Shown: positions 1 through 8,878 of the stretch, one piece after another
Position numbering within the stretch: position 1 is the stretch's first letter
How the letters are laid out: each line of letters begins with the position of its first letter
Origin: Terriglobales bacterium
GTDB lineage: Bacteria > Acidobacteriota > Terriglobia > Terriglobales > Acidobacteriaceae
Length of the DNA stretch: 64,000 nt
Direction of reading: 5' to 3'
Assembly: GCA_050012595.1 (NCBI GenBank)
Contig: JBEKGW010000028.1
Location: 5,387 to 69,386 of the forward strand
Program-made: the position numbers and the translations under genes
Notes under the pieces: model-generated
The model's input: the letters and a program-made list of their open reading frames with translations, nothing else
Databases searched by the model: none
Told to the model about the DNA's origin: nothing

Positions 1-192
1 CGAATCTATTCGCGTAACGAAACCCTCCATACGCTTCATCTCCTTGATCTTGAGGTCACCCAAGTGCTGCGCCGTCTGGTGCATCAACGAGTGGTCCCCG
101 TACTTTATCGGTACTAATCCGACGGACGAACCGATAATTTTCGGCTTGCCCGCGACTCGGCGACAATTGTGCGGACCGCCAACGCCAGGCAA
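1..192 (-). CDS. 5' part of an unidentified CDS running off the left window edge (start uncertain: TTG 192 or ATG 84)
   Basis: The minus-strand frame is open from an in-frame stop at 208-210 down to position 1. Translation: ...KPKIIGSSVGLVPIKYGDHSLMHQTAQHLGDLKIKEMKRMEGFVTRIDS. Composition is protein-like. It is absent from the ORF track because it is truncated. Confidence 0.3.
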   Translation of the reverse strand, partial: MPGVGGPHNCRRVAGKPKIIGSSVGLVPIKYGDHSLMHQTAQHLGDLKIKEMKRMEGFVTRIDS

Positions 193-291
193 ACGGACCG
201 GACCGGTTTAGTCTCCGATACCCAAACGCCTCTTCATCAGATGTAGCGGAACATTGAACCGTTCCGCTAGCTGCCAGTGATCAAATGCGGG

Positions 292-1248
292 TCACTGCGC
301 AGTTTCAACCGCTGGAAGAATGACGCTATCTACCCATGTCTCGTCTTCGCCAGCAGGAATATCCCTGAAGAGCCACCACTCTTCCGTGTGTTCCGCTGTT
401 TGTCCTGGTTCCAGGTTTTGAAGTGGGCCAAGGGTCTCCAATTCAAGGGAGTATAGGTCCGTATACGTTTCGAAGTTGCAGCCGAAATCAGGGTACTTCG
501 CGCTTCTGTGCACTGCTGCCCTTTTCACGAACAAATGGCCCTGACGAAAATAAGCTCCCCAACCAAACGGATTGTAAATCCCCATCATTTGCTCCTTAAA
601 TCTGCATGCGGGATTCTGCTGCTGGTGGAGTTGAATATATTTCGTGCCGATCTTCCAACGCGGATCTGCCAAATCGGTGTAGGACCACAAAGCTAAGACA
701 CCTTCGGGCAATAACCTGTCCGCGGAGACCGGCGCTCGTGGAGGAAGAGGCAGAATGGCCTTTCCGCTCCCTGCCATGACCGAGAGTGCCCACGGTGCCA
801 TTTCCGTAGCTTCCTTTCCAAGATTGCTGATGCGATGAGTAACGGAAACATGTGTCCCGGTTCCAGCGAGCTTGACTTCAACCTCTTTTTGTAAGTTTGT
901 CCCCGGATGTGCTGATTCTGGAGGCGCGGTAAAGATGAAGGCGTCCTTTTCCCTACGCACGGAAACTTGAACATTGTCGGGATAGTAGGTGCGCTCTACT
1001 TCTGGCGACACCCAGAGCCTATGTCCCCCATAAACACGAAAAACCCCGTCTCCGCTTTTCCCGGCATGCTCGGGTACTTCGTGGAATTCATTGTGCTCTC
1101 CCCGGAAACCAAAAAATAGGACCCGAGGTCCGACCTCCGTCAAAATAATCAGTTGCACCGTATCATTGCAAATCCTAAGAGCCCTTTTCCATCCGCGATA
1201 CTCCACCTCATCTGCTTTTGGGGCGCTGGCCTCGACAATTTCTTGCAT
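292..1248 (-). CDS. Conserved hypothetical beta-sandwich-like protein (aldose-epimerase-like / DUF4380-type guess)
   Basis: 318-aa ORF with an SD-like CCTCC (1258-1262 on the + strand) about 9 nt upstream of the ATG. It is co-directional with the sugar kinase and deaminase genes. The product is only a guess from overall sequence character (e.g. VYGGHRLWVSPE). Confidence 0.75.
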   Translation of the reverse strand: MQEIVEASAPKADEVEYRGWKRALRICNDTVQLIILTEVGPRVLFFGFRGEHNEFHEVPEHAGKSGDGVFRVYGGHRLWVSPEVERTYYPDNVQVSVRREKDAFIFTAPPESAHPGTNLQKEVEVKLAGTGTHVSVTHRISNLGKEATEMAPWALSVMAGSGKAILPLPPRAPVSADRLLPEGVLALWSYTDLADPRWKIGTKYIQLHQQQNPACRFKEQMMGIYNPFGWGAYFRQGHLFVKRAAVHRSAKYPDFGCNFETYTDLYSLELETLGPLQNLEPGQTAEHTEEWWLFRDIPAGEDETWVDSVILPAVETAQ

Positions 1249-1407
1249 GTGTATGCACCTCCTGATTCAGAGCCTCAGTTCAAGTGCGTTTGCTTCAGTC
1301 TTTTGTGCGTTCCGGCCGCCGACTACGGCATTGAAAGCCGTTTCACTCATCTCTTTTTGCGGCAGTTGGCAGTAATCTTCCTCTCTTCTTTATTGACCTA
1401 CTAAGAT

Positions 1408-2433
1408 CTAAGTGCGTTGTTGCTGTAGTCCTCTGCCGCCGTTGGCTGTGGAACGTTTATTCAAATCCATCACCGCCCGCAACCCAGTGGGTATGTCGAA
1501 CCGGTTGGCTCTCGCAAACTCGGCAATTTCCGATAAGGTTCCAAAGCTGGGGATACTCTCCCGGACTGTTACAGCTCGTGCTGCAGTAAGGCACCCAAAA
1601 ATAGCTGCGTCCACAAGTGAAGCCTCATGATAGAGGCCAAAAGCAAGACCGGCGGTGAAGGCGTCCCCTGCACCCGGAGTGTCCACAGCGGTAACCTTAA
1701 ATGCAGGGAGCGCCCGACTAGTCTCTCCGTTTGCGACGAAAGCGCCTTTCTCGCCGAGAGTGATAACAACCTGTTTGAGTGCAAAGTATTCACGCAGCCG
1801 ATCAGCCAGCCAGCTAGGCTCTTGCCGTAGGTTCGGCGACTTGCTCAGCAGGGTACTAGCTTCGTTTTCGTTTGGAACAAGCAGGTCAACGCCGGCAAGA
1901 TCGCCAGGTTGGACAGGTTCCGCTGGAGCAGGAGTCAGAATTGTAAGTGCCCCGAGCGACCTGGCTAACCGCGCTGCGTAAAGGGCGGTAGAGATCGGAA
2001 TCTCAAGGGTAATGAGCACTACCTTTGCCTGCGAGAGAATCGGTTTGGCACGGTCAACTTCTTTACTTGTGAACTCGGCATTCGCCCCCATCGCTGTCGT
2101 TATGGCTGGGATGCCTTCAGGATTTATCATTACGAAACCGCAGCCCGTGGCTGTCTGTTGGATACGGGTAAGATAGGAAAGATCAACACCCGCCTCCGTC
2201 ATCCAGGACGCTCCAATATCCCCTAGTCGATCCTGGCCGACGCACCCCACGAAATGCGTTGGTAATCCCAGGCGTGCACAAGCAATTGCCTGGTGTGAAC
2301 CCTTGCCGCCATCCAGCGCCTCTTTGTAATCCCAGCCCAGCACAGTCTCATCCGCTCCAGGAAAACGCGAGACGCGCATGAACAACCCTTGAACGTGACT
2401 GCCGACTACTACTACCCCTTTTCTTAACATCAT
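1408..2433 (-). CDS. PfkB/ribokinase-family sugar kinase
   Basis: C-terminal DTPGAGDAFTAG motif typical of PfkB kinases. The ORF-track start (2505) overlaps the upstream gene. The internal MM at 2433/2430 lies 13 nt after the upstream stop (2447), so the start was moved there. Confidence 0.9.
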   Translation of the reverse strand: MMLRKGVVVVGSHVQGLFMRVSRFPGADETVLGWDYKEALDGGKGSHQAIACARLGLPTHFVGCVGQDRLGDIGASWMTEAGVDLSYLTRIQQTATGCGFVMINPEGIPAITTAMGANAEFTSKEVDRAKPILSQAKVVLITLEIPISTALYAARLARSLGALTILTPAPAEPVQPGDLAGVDLLVPNENEASTLLSKSPNLRQEPSWLADRLREYFALKQVVITLGEKGAFVANGETSRALPAFKVTAVDTPGAGDAFTAGLAFGLYHEASLVDAAIFGCLTAARAVTVRESIPSFGTLSEIAEFARANRFDIPTGLRAVMDLNKRSTANGGRGLQQQRT

Positions 2434-2446
2434 TGGCCTCGCATTG

Positions 2447-3322
2447 TTAAATGCCCAGCGGTGGACATGCCGCGGTTGCAGCATCCACCGTAACCACACA
2501 ATCACTGTGCTCCTGAACGTAAGTCACAGGAATCTCCGGGCTAACATTGCCGAACAAGAGAATTCGGATGACGGTCTGTTTCCACGCGCCAGTCTCGCTG
2601 TAGAGCCGGATCCGGCGCGCGGCGAGGAGTTCCCGCATTCCAACGGTGATGACCATGGGCGGGATAATGTCAGAACAGCCGCCTGCACCTCGTTGACTTA
2701 GGGCAATCAATGTGTCTTCATTCAAGTGAAGAACGCGTGTCGTGCAATTCCGAAACTCTTCCTTACTAACTCTGTACCAGGGGGAGCGGGGCGGCTCGTT
2801 GAACGCAATATGGCCCCGGTAACCAATGCCACCGTAGACCGAATCGATTCCTCCAACCTGTTCCATTCCCTCCGCCATTGCATCCAGTCTGGAAATGTCG
2901 GGAAAGTGCCGCTGCTCTAAGGGCACGTTGATGCTGGGATCGATGCGATCGTAGAAATTCCTGCTCATCCAGCCCCTGTAGCTGTAGGGATGGTTCAGGG
3001 GAAGGTGGCGCCCCTGCCAATCAAGGTGATCATCCATATGGAAGACGTGCAGATGTTTCAGATCGATCCGCTCGCGATTCACTCTTTCAGTAAAGATGGG
3101 ATATTGCCCGCGGGGACCACAAGGAAGAATCCAACGTGTCGGGCTATTCGCCGTGTTGTTGCGCTTAACTTCATCAATCATCGTGGACGCGATGTCCTCG
3201 TAGACGTCGGACGGTTTGGGTAGCACTCTCAACTTTACTTTTGCATGACGATGGTTAGACAGTTCCTCCGGCGGAATCTTGCACCACTCAAATAACTGCT
3301 GAGAACTTTCGTAAGCAGACAT
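2447..3322 (-). CDS. Glucosamine-6-phosphate deaminase / 6-phosphogluconolactonase (NagB) family protein
   Basis: 291-aa ORF with overall resemblance to NagB-fold sugar-phosphate deaminases/isomerases. It sits immediately upstream of the PfkB kinase on the same strand. Confidence 0.8.
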   Translation of the reverse strand: MSAYESSQQLFEWCKIPPEELSNHRHAKVKLRVLPKPSDVYEDIASTMIDEVKRNNTANSPTRWILPCGPRGQYPIFTERVNRERIDLKHLHVFHMDDHLDWQGRHLPLNHPYSYRGWMSRNFYDRIDPSINVPLEQRHFPDISRLDAMAEGMEQVGGIDSVYGGIGYRGHIAFNEPPRSPWYRVSKEEFRNCTTRVLHLNEDTLIALSQRGAGGCSDIIPPMVITVGMRELLAARRIRLYSETGAWKQTVIRILLFGNVSPEIPVTYVQEHSDCVVTVDAATAACPPLGI

Positions 3323-3455
3323 GCAAGCCCCCTAGGCTCAATCGCGTTTATAGGGCAACGTATTTTTCTGACAATGTGGAGTTCAAGTGTACCGAATTGA
3401 CATTTCTGCTCCGCGCCGCATAATCCGAAGAAATCCGCCCGTGTCCGTCACCAGA

Positions 3456-3480
3456 GGTGGTGGCGACTTCCGCCACCACC
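3456..3480 (-). terminator. Perfect 10-bp stem-loop downstream of the TonB receptor gene (possible terminator, no U-tract)
   Basis: ggtggtggcg-acttc-cgccaccacc, 49 nt after the receptor stop codon (3529). Confidence 0.4.
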
Positions 3481-3528
3481 CCTTGGGCAACAACGGCTGG
3501 GCCCGCATGTGACACGACCCAAAGCCCA

Positions 3529-6500
3529 TCAGAACAGCAGCTTCAAAGAGAGTTGCCCGATCCGCGGTGGCTGGGTTGCGGTCGCCTGGCCAAAGTTCGG
3601 GGCGTTGTAGTTACCTTGGACGCCCGCAAACTGGGCATGATTGAAGATGTTGTAGGCTTCCGCGCGGAATTGGAGCTTGATCCGCTCCGTCAGTTGCGTA
3701 TCCTTCAGGAGAGCCATATCCCAGTTGTTGATTCCAGGGCCGTGGAAGAAGCGCCGCCTGGAGGTCCCCAACTGCCCCAATGTTTCTTCACTGAACATGG
3801 AGGTATCAAAGTACGGTGTGGTTGGGCTGGTGCGGGGATCGATGCGATGTATCGCTCCACCAGAATAGTTGGGCGCGTCGATCGCTATCGGCAGGGGCCC
3901 GGCGTATGCCGTTCCGATCAGGGACCTATCGTCCATTTCATAGATCGTTACCGGTTCACCGCTGGCGAAACGCGTGATGCCGCTCAATTGCCACCCGTGC
4001 GTCAGTTGCTTCGGTCCGCCCAAATGATCAAAGGGAAGGTTGTAGGTGTAGTTGATGACCAGATTGTGCGTCATATCAAACGCGCACAGGCCCATGCTCT
4101 GCTTGGGAATAAACGGATTGACCTGCTCTCCGTATCCGGACGCGTTGTCCATACACTTGCTGTACGTGTACGCAGTCACCACTTGCAGCGGTCCGCTGAT
4201 AGTGCGCAGGTTGACTTGCAGCGAATTGTAGCTGGATTGCCCGATGGTAATGAAGTATCCGTCACTGCCGAAATTGTTGCCGAAAGGCGCCCGGGTACCA
4301 TTGATGACTTGACCCGCGGCGGTGGTAAACACATTGTTTTCCAGCCCGGGACCGCAAGGCTGCGTGCCAGGCGCAACCTCACTCGGCTGGCTGAGGCTCA
4401 GGCAGAGAGCCTGGTTGCCAGGATTGGCCTCCATGGTCGACAACAGTTTGTGTGCCTGCGTCCCCACATAGCTCATAGTCAGGAGTGCCATCCTCGAGAA
4501 CTGGCGCTGGATTGAAAGCTCGTAGTCCTCTGCATAGGGCACTTGGTTCTTATTGTAAAAACCTGGCGAACTGGAGATGGGCAGGAACAGAGACCAGTTC
4601 ACCGAGTTGTCTGGATTCGAGGCTGAGACGTTATTCGGAGGAACGGTAACCGGGAATCTCTGGCCCTCGACATTGCCGGTAGCCCGGTCCACAAAAGGCG
4701 TGGTAAATTGCGGCGGGGCAGGACTCACATAATAATAGCCAAAGGGCGCATCGCCAATCTCGTTAAAGTTTGTCGCGCCCTCGAACGAGGTGTAAAACAT
4801 CCCCCATCCCGCACGGATGCTGGTCTGGCCGGTTCCGCCGGCCAGTTTGCGTAGTAGCCCGTTGTTAAAGTTGGGCGAATAAGCAATTCCAATACGAGGT
4901 GAGAACTTGTCGTAGCGGGTGGGCGCCAGGGTAGATGGAATTCCCGGATCCCCTGGGAAAACCCAGCCCGCGGGTGCTCCGGGAAACACCTTGGACTGCT
5001 CGCCTGGGACAAGCGTCTCTATCTGGTTGTGCTTTTCGGACCAGGGCGAACTGAACTCCCACCGCAAACCATAGTTAATCGTCAGGTTGGAACGAGCGCG
5101 CCAACTGTCCTGCCCATAGAACCCGGCATAATGGTTGCGGCCATAGGCCGGCGGCGCCTGCCCCTGGACGTAAAACGTCGGGGCCCCGAGCAGAAAATCG
5201 GCGAAATCTATGCCGGTTTCCGTACCGAAGAACTGGAAACTCCCATTGGGTACGTTGCGAATGTTTTCATTCTGCTGAGTGAGATGAGCCGACCCTCCAA
5301 CTTTCAACGTGTGAGTTCCGATTACCTTGCCGAAGTTGTCCAGGATCTGGAAGGTGTTCTCTATCAATCCCTGAACAGTAGTCTGCGGAACTCCTATGGA
5401 GTAGGCATTGAACTGGACTGGGGGAACGCCTTGCGAGTCGGGAGCCCCCAGGGCAATGCCGAGAGTATTGGCGCCGGTCACGAAGCCGAGCGAACTCAAT
5501 GCGACTCCTGCCCCGCCTTGAGAATTGTTGAAGGAATCTCTCATGCGCACATACTCGATCCGAGCTTCGTTGACGGCGGTGGTTCCAAGGGTTTTGGTAT
5601 CACCCAGATTGAGTACTTGAACCCGGCCTACGCCCAATGTGGCGAATCCGGGTACCTGGGTCGCCGCCGAATAGGGACTGTCCAACGTGTAGTTGTCTAT
5701 GAAGTAGTACCCCGAAAGTGTCCCAGCATGCGTATTCGCATCGATCCGGCCGCTTCCCTTGTCGTCGGTGAGATTCTGTTTGTAGGCCGAGGTGGAGAAC
5801 GTGGTCTGACCGGGCGCCAATGTGGGAATGTAACCCAACAAGTTATTCGCGGGTGTTGCGAAGGCAGTGGTTGGAATCTGCGCGTTCGGGAATACGCACT
5901 GGGCTGTACTGGTACATCCAGCCGCGTAGTATGGCTCACTCGAAGCAACCGGATAGCCTAGTTCGGTCTGGAGCTGCTGTGCCCATGCCGATCCACCAAC
6001 ACTCCCAGTCATCTGACTGGCGAGCGCGGAGAAATTACCACCGCGCTCATCCCCAGTGGGTAGCGGGAGCGACCCCGAGCTCAGCCCCTGGATTACACGG
6101 TTGCGCTGATAATCACCGAAGAAGAAAACCTTCTCACGCTTAATCGGCCCGCCAAATGTGCCACCAAATTGATTCTGGTGATACGTTCCTCGCACTCCTT
6201 GATCGTAGTAACTGGCGGCATCCAGGTCCGTGTTGCGCAGGAATTCAAACAGGTTTCCATGGAACCCGTTGGTCCCCGCCTTGGTGATGACGTTGATTTG
6301 CCCACCGCTGTAGTTACCGTATTCGGCATCGACGTTATTAGTCAGAATACGAAATTCTGCGATCGAATCCAGATTGGGAACCACCGAGGTGCCACCAAAG
6401 CCGAACTCCTGCACGGTAGCACCATTGAGAAGGAACCCATTGTTGGCTTCGCGCATGCCATTAATGGAAAGATTACCTGCATTGAGCGATCCTGAGACCA

Positions 6501-7194
6501 ACGGAAGAGCCCAAACCGCTGCGATAAAGTTACCTCCCGCGCCGCCAGCACCACTACCTGTCAATCCCGAGGAGGACGCTGACACTCCCGCTTGTAACGC
6601 CAACAGGTCGGTGTAGCTTCGTGTGACCAACGGCACGTCGGTCATCTGCTGGGTGGCAATGACTTCACCCATTTGGGAGCTGGAGGTTTCCACGTGTGCC
6701 GCCGCGCTCGAGACATTTACAGTCTCCTTGACCTGCCCCACCAGCAGCACGACATCGACTACCAGTGCTGAGTCCACGTCGAGAACCAGTCCAGTCTGCT
6801 GATATGTTTTGAATCCAGCTTGTTGCACATCGACCTTATAATGGCCCAGCGGCAATGAAAGGAAGAAATAGAAACCTTGCGCGTTGGTTAGCTGCGTTTG
6901 AGCTATGCCTGTTTCAACATTGGTGGCGGAGACCTTCGCCCCCACTACGGCCGCGCCACTAGAATCCTTGACCGTCCCGGAGATAGTTGCGGTCACGCCG
7001 GCGACGCAACGACCATCCATCAGCACGATCACCAAAAGAATTGCTACGGCGATAACAGCCAGCCAGACTGTAGATTGCCCCACCGATTTCCTGGTTATGA
7101 TCGCGGCAGCAGACAGAGGACTAGCCTTCGGTCTCTGCGGCGGCAAGGAACTGAGGCTGCAAATCGACCTTTCCTCGATCACGACGCCCTCCAT
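3529..7194 (-). CDS. TonB-dependent outer-membrane receptor with N-terminal carboxypeptidase-regulatory-like domain
   Basis: 1221 aa with a hydrophobic signal-like segment, followed by TISGTVKDSSGAAVVGAKVSATNVETG (CarboxypepD_reg-like). The C-terminus ...LSLKLLF ends in Phe, as in OM beta-barrels. The start is uncertain: an alternative GTG at 7083 is preceded by AGGAA. Confidence 0.9.
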   Translation of the reverse strand: MEGVVIEERSICSLSSLPPQRPKASPLSAAAIITRKSVGQSTVWLAVIAVAILLVIVLMDGRCVAGVTATISGTVKDSSGAAVVGAKVSATNVETGIAQTQLTNAQGFYFFLSLPLGHYKVDVQQAGFKTYQQTGLVLDVDSALVVDVVLLVGQVKETVNVSSAAAHVETSSSQMGEVIATQQMTDVPLVTRSYTDLLALQAGVSASSSGLTGSGAGGAGGNFIAAVWALPLVSGSLNAGNLSINGMREANNGFLLNGATVQEFGFGGTSVVPNLDSIAEFRILTNNVDAEYGNYSGGQINVITKAGTNGFHGNLFEFLRNTDLDAASYYDQGVRGTYHQNQFGGTFGGPIKREKVFFFGDYQRNRVIQGLSSGSLPLPTGDERGGNFSALASQMTGSVGGSAWAQQLQTELGYPVASSEPYYAAGCTSTAQCVFPNAQIPTTAFATPANNLLGYIPTLAPGQTTFSTSAYKQNLTDDKGSGRIDANTHAGTLSGYYFIDNYTLDSPYSAATQVPGFATLGVGRVQVLNLGDTKTLGTTAVNEARIEYVRMRDSFNNSQGGAGVALSSLGFVTGANTLGIALGAPDSQGVPPVQFNAYSIGVPQTTVQGLIENTFQILDNFGKVIGTHTLKVGGSAHLTQQNENIRNVPNGSFQFFGTETGIDFADFLLGAPTFYVQGQAPPAYGRNHYAGFYGQDSWRARSNLTINYGLRWEFSSPWSEKHNQIETLVPGEQSKVFPGAPAGWVFPGDPGIPSTLAPTRYDKFSPRIGIAYSPNFNNGLLRKLAGGTGQTSIRAGWGMFYTSFEGATNFNEIGDAPFGYYYVSPAPPQFTTPFVDRATGNVEGQRFPVTVPPNNVSASNPDNSVNWSLFLPISSSPGFYNKNQVPYAEDYELSIQRQFSRMALLTMSYVGTQAHKLLSTMEANPGNQALCLSLSQPSEVAPGTQPCGPGLENNVFTTAAGQVINGTRAPFGNNFGSDGYFITIGQSSYNSLQVNLRTISGPLQVVTAYTYSKCMDNASGYGEQVNPFIPKQSMGLCAFDMTHNLVINYTYNLPFDHLGGPKQLTHGWQLSGITRFASGEPVTIYEMDDRSLIGTAYAGPLPIAIDAPNYSGGAIHRIDPRTSPTTPYFDTSMFSEETLGQLGTSRRRFFHGPGINNWDMALLKDTQLTERIKLQFRAEAYNIFNHAQFAGVQGNYNAPNFGQATATQPPRIGQLSLKLLF

Positions 7195-7196
7195 TG

Positions 7197-7241
7197 GTAC
7201 AACGATTTACCGGCCAGAAATACCTTGGTGTAACGATTTAC
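7197..7241. promoter_or_regulatory. Two direct copies of a 14-nt operator-like motif in the TonB-receptor leader
   Basis: gtacaacgatttac (7197-7210) and gtgtaacgatttac (7228-7241), each followed by cggc. They lie just upstream of the receptor start (7194) and downstream of the LacI gene. Confidence 0.45.
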
Positions 7242-7549
7242 CGGCATGGCAGGAAACCTAGACCTGATTTACGCAAATGTCAAGGGAAAGTTTCTTGCGG
7301 GAAAGCCTTGGCGGTACCTGGATCAGTTTCAAACTGACCCACGACCACGACCTCGCAGTAGCGGTTGCGTTGCGAGTTGATCAGCGTTGATTTTGCAAGT
7401 TCATACGAGCACATCCCGGGTCACATGACTGGTGGCCCCTCCTGGATTATGCAGACAACGCGACCTAGTTCAGCGGTACATCAGGCGAGTTCGGTACATC
7501 GTTACACCAACCTCGGCATCAAACACCCGGCGATAAACCGCGCGGCTGC

Positions 7550-8623
7550 CTAAGGACGCCGAGCGGCACAGGTTGAGTCTCGGACAATGAGCCTGGGCTC
7601 CACCGTATGATGCCGGGGCTGAACGACCCTCGATTCGACCTTTGCCTGAATGAGTTCTTCGATGACCTCCGCACCCAAAAAGCCCTGCACTTCCAACTGT
7701 TGTTGAACCGTGGTCAGAGGCGGATTATAAAAGCCGCCGCTGGGTATATCATCAAAGCCTATTACGGAACAATCTTTTGGAACTTCTCGCCCAGCTTTAG
7801 TCAATGCACGAATTGCAGCGCAGGCAGTAAGATCGTCGAATGCGACCAGGGCGGTAAATCCGGAATCGCGCTCGATCAGTTCCTCGGCCAGGCGGTACGC
7901 CTCAGCATGGGTTGAATTGTGGCCCTTGAGATTGGCAATGAGGTCAGGGTCGAGCTTCAGGCCAACCTCATTCGCAAAACTCTTGATTCCACGCCACCGC
8001 CGTTCAGTATCCGCGAGCGCCTTCGGACCTTTGATGAACGCAATTCTGGTGTGACCAAGTTGGTAAAGGTACTGCAGCGCTTGTCGGGCTCCGGTTTCGT
8101 TATCAACGGCAATCGAACTGACCGGATTCCCGTGCAAGTCGCGGCCGATCACCACGGCAGGAATCTGTCGGTGGACGAATTCAGCGAACAAGTCTGGAGA
8201 CAGGTACACCGGGTTGGCAACTGCGATAATGCCCTCTACTTGGCGCTCGATAAGCATCTCGATGCATCGGTGGAATTGTGTGCCGTTGTTTTGCAGATCT
8301 GTGATGACGGAGAAGTATCCCGACGATCGAAGTCGGCTCTCTATACCGCGAAGGATCTGCGTGCAGTAAGGATCAGTGATGTCGAAAAGTAAAACCCCCA
8401 ATGTTTCGCTGCGGCTCTGCCGCAATGAGCGGGCGAAGAAATTTGGACGATATCCCAGCTGCCTGGCCACGTTCCAGATGCGCTCGCGCGTCGACAACGG
8501 GAAACGAGACGCTGCCGGGCCGTCGCTGATCACCACCGATGCAGTTGTCACGGAAACACCGCTCTCTTTCGCAACGTCTCTGAGCGTGGCTTTTGGTCTT
8601 TCTCTCTTCTGGTTCGTCAGCAT
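7550..8623 (-). CDS. LacI-family transcriptional regulator
   Basis: N-terminal HTH ATLRDVAKESGVSVTTASVV and a periplasmic-binding-fold C-terminal part. The start was moved to ATG 8623 (MLTNQKRERPK...), because the longer track ORF adds an implausible N-terminus. Confidence 0.9.
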   Translation of the reverse strand: MLTNQKRERPKATLRDVAKESGVSVTTASVVISDGPAASRFPLSTRERIWNVARQLGYRPNFFARSLRQSRSETLGVLLFDITDPYCTQILRGIESRLRSSGYFSVITDLQNNGTQFHRCIEMLIERQVEGIIAVANPVYLSPDLFAEFVHRQIPAVVIGRDLHGNPVSSIAVDNETGARQALQYLYQLGHTRIAFIKGPKALADTERRWRGIKSFANEVGLKLDPDLIANLKGHNSTHAEAYRLAEELIERDSGFTALVAFDDLTACAAIRALTKAGREVPKDCSVIGFDDIPSGGFYNPPLTTVQQQLEVQGFLGAEVIEELIQAKVESRVVQPRHHTVEPRLIVRDSTCAARRP

Positions 8624-8734
8624 TTTTCCTATCTCTCCCCCAGCCCATCTGCGCTCTGCTTTCGCAATACCTCGACCAAGCCGGCAACGTCCCCTTGACA
8701 ACTGAAACCGGAAAGTATAGTAGCTGTGAAGATA

Positions 8735-8748
8735 GTAAAACGTTACAC
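8735..8748. promoter_or_regulatory. Third copy of the operator-like motif, in the LacI / permease divergent intergenic region
   Basis: The reverse complement of 8735-8748 is gtgtaacgttttac, which is 13/14 identical to the 7228-7241 copy. Its centre AACGTT is palindromic. Confidence 0.45.
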
Positions 8749-8878
8749 TACCAATGTAAAGAAGCACAAAGACGAGCTGTCCACACCTGTTTTACGCTTT
8801 ACCGGCAAGCGTGCCGCCGCACTAATAATGGATCGGCGATGCCGTTGCCACATAACTTGGTGAGACGCGGAAGGACAA

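Noticed and set aside
3457-4515. 352-aa plus-strand ORF
   Set aside because: It is entirely antisense to the well-supported TonB receptor gene. Its Arg/Ala/Gly/Val-rich composition is typical of spurious frames in GC-rich DNA.
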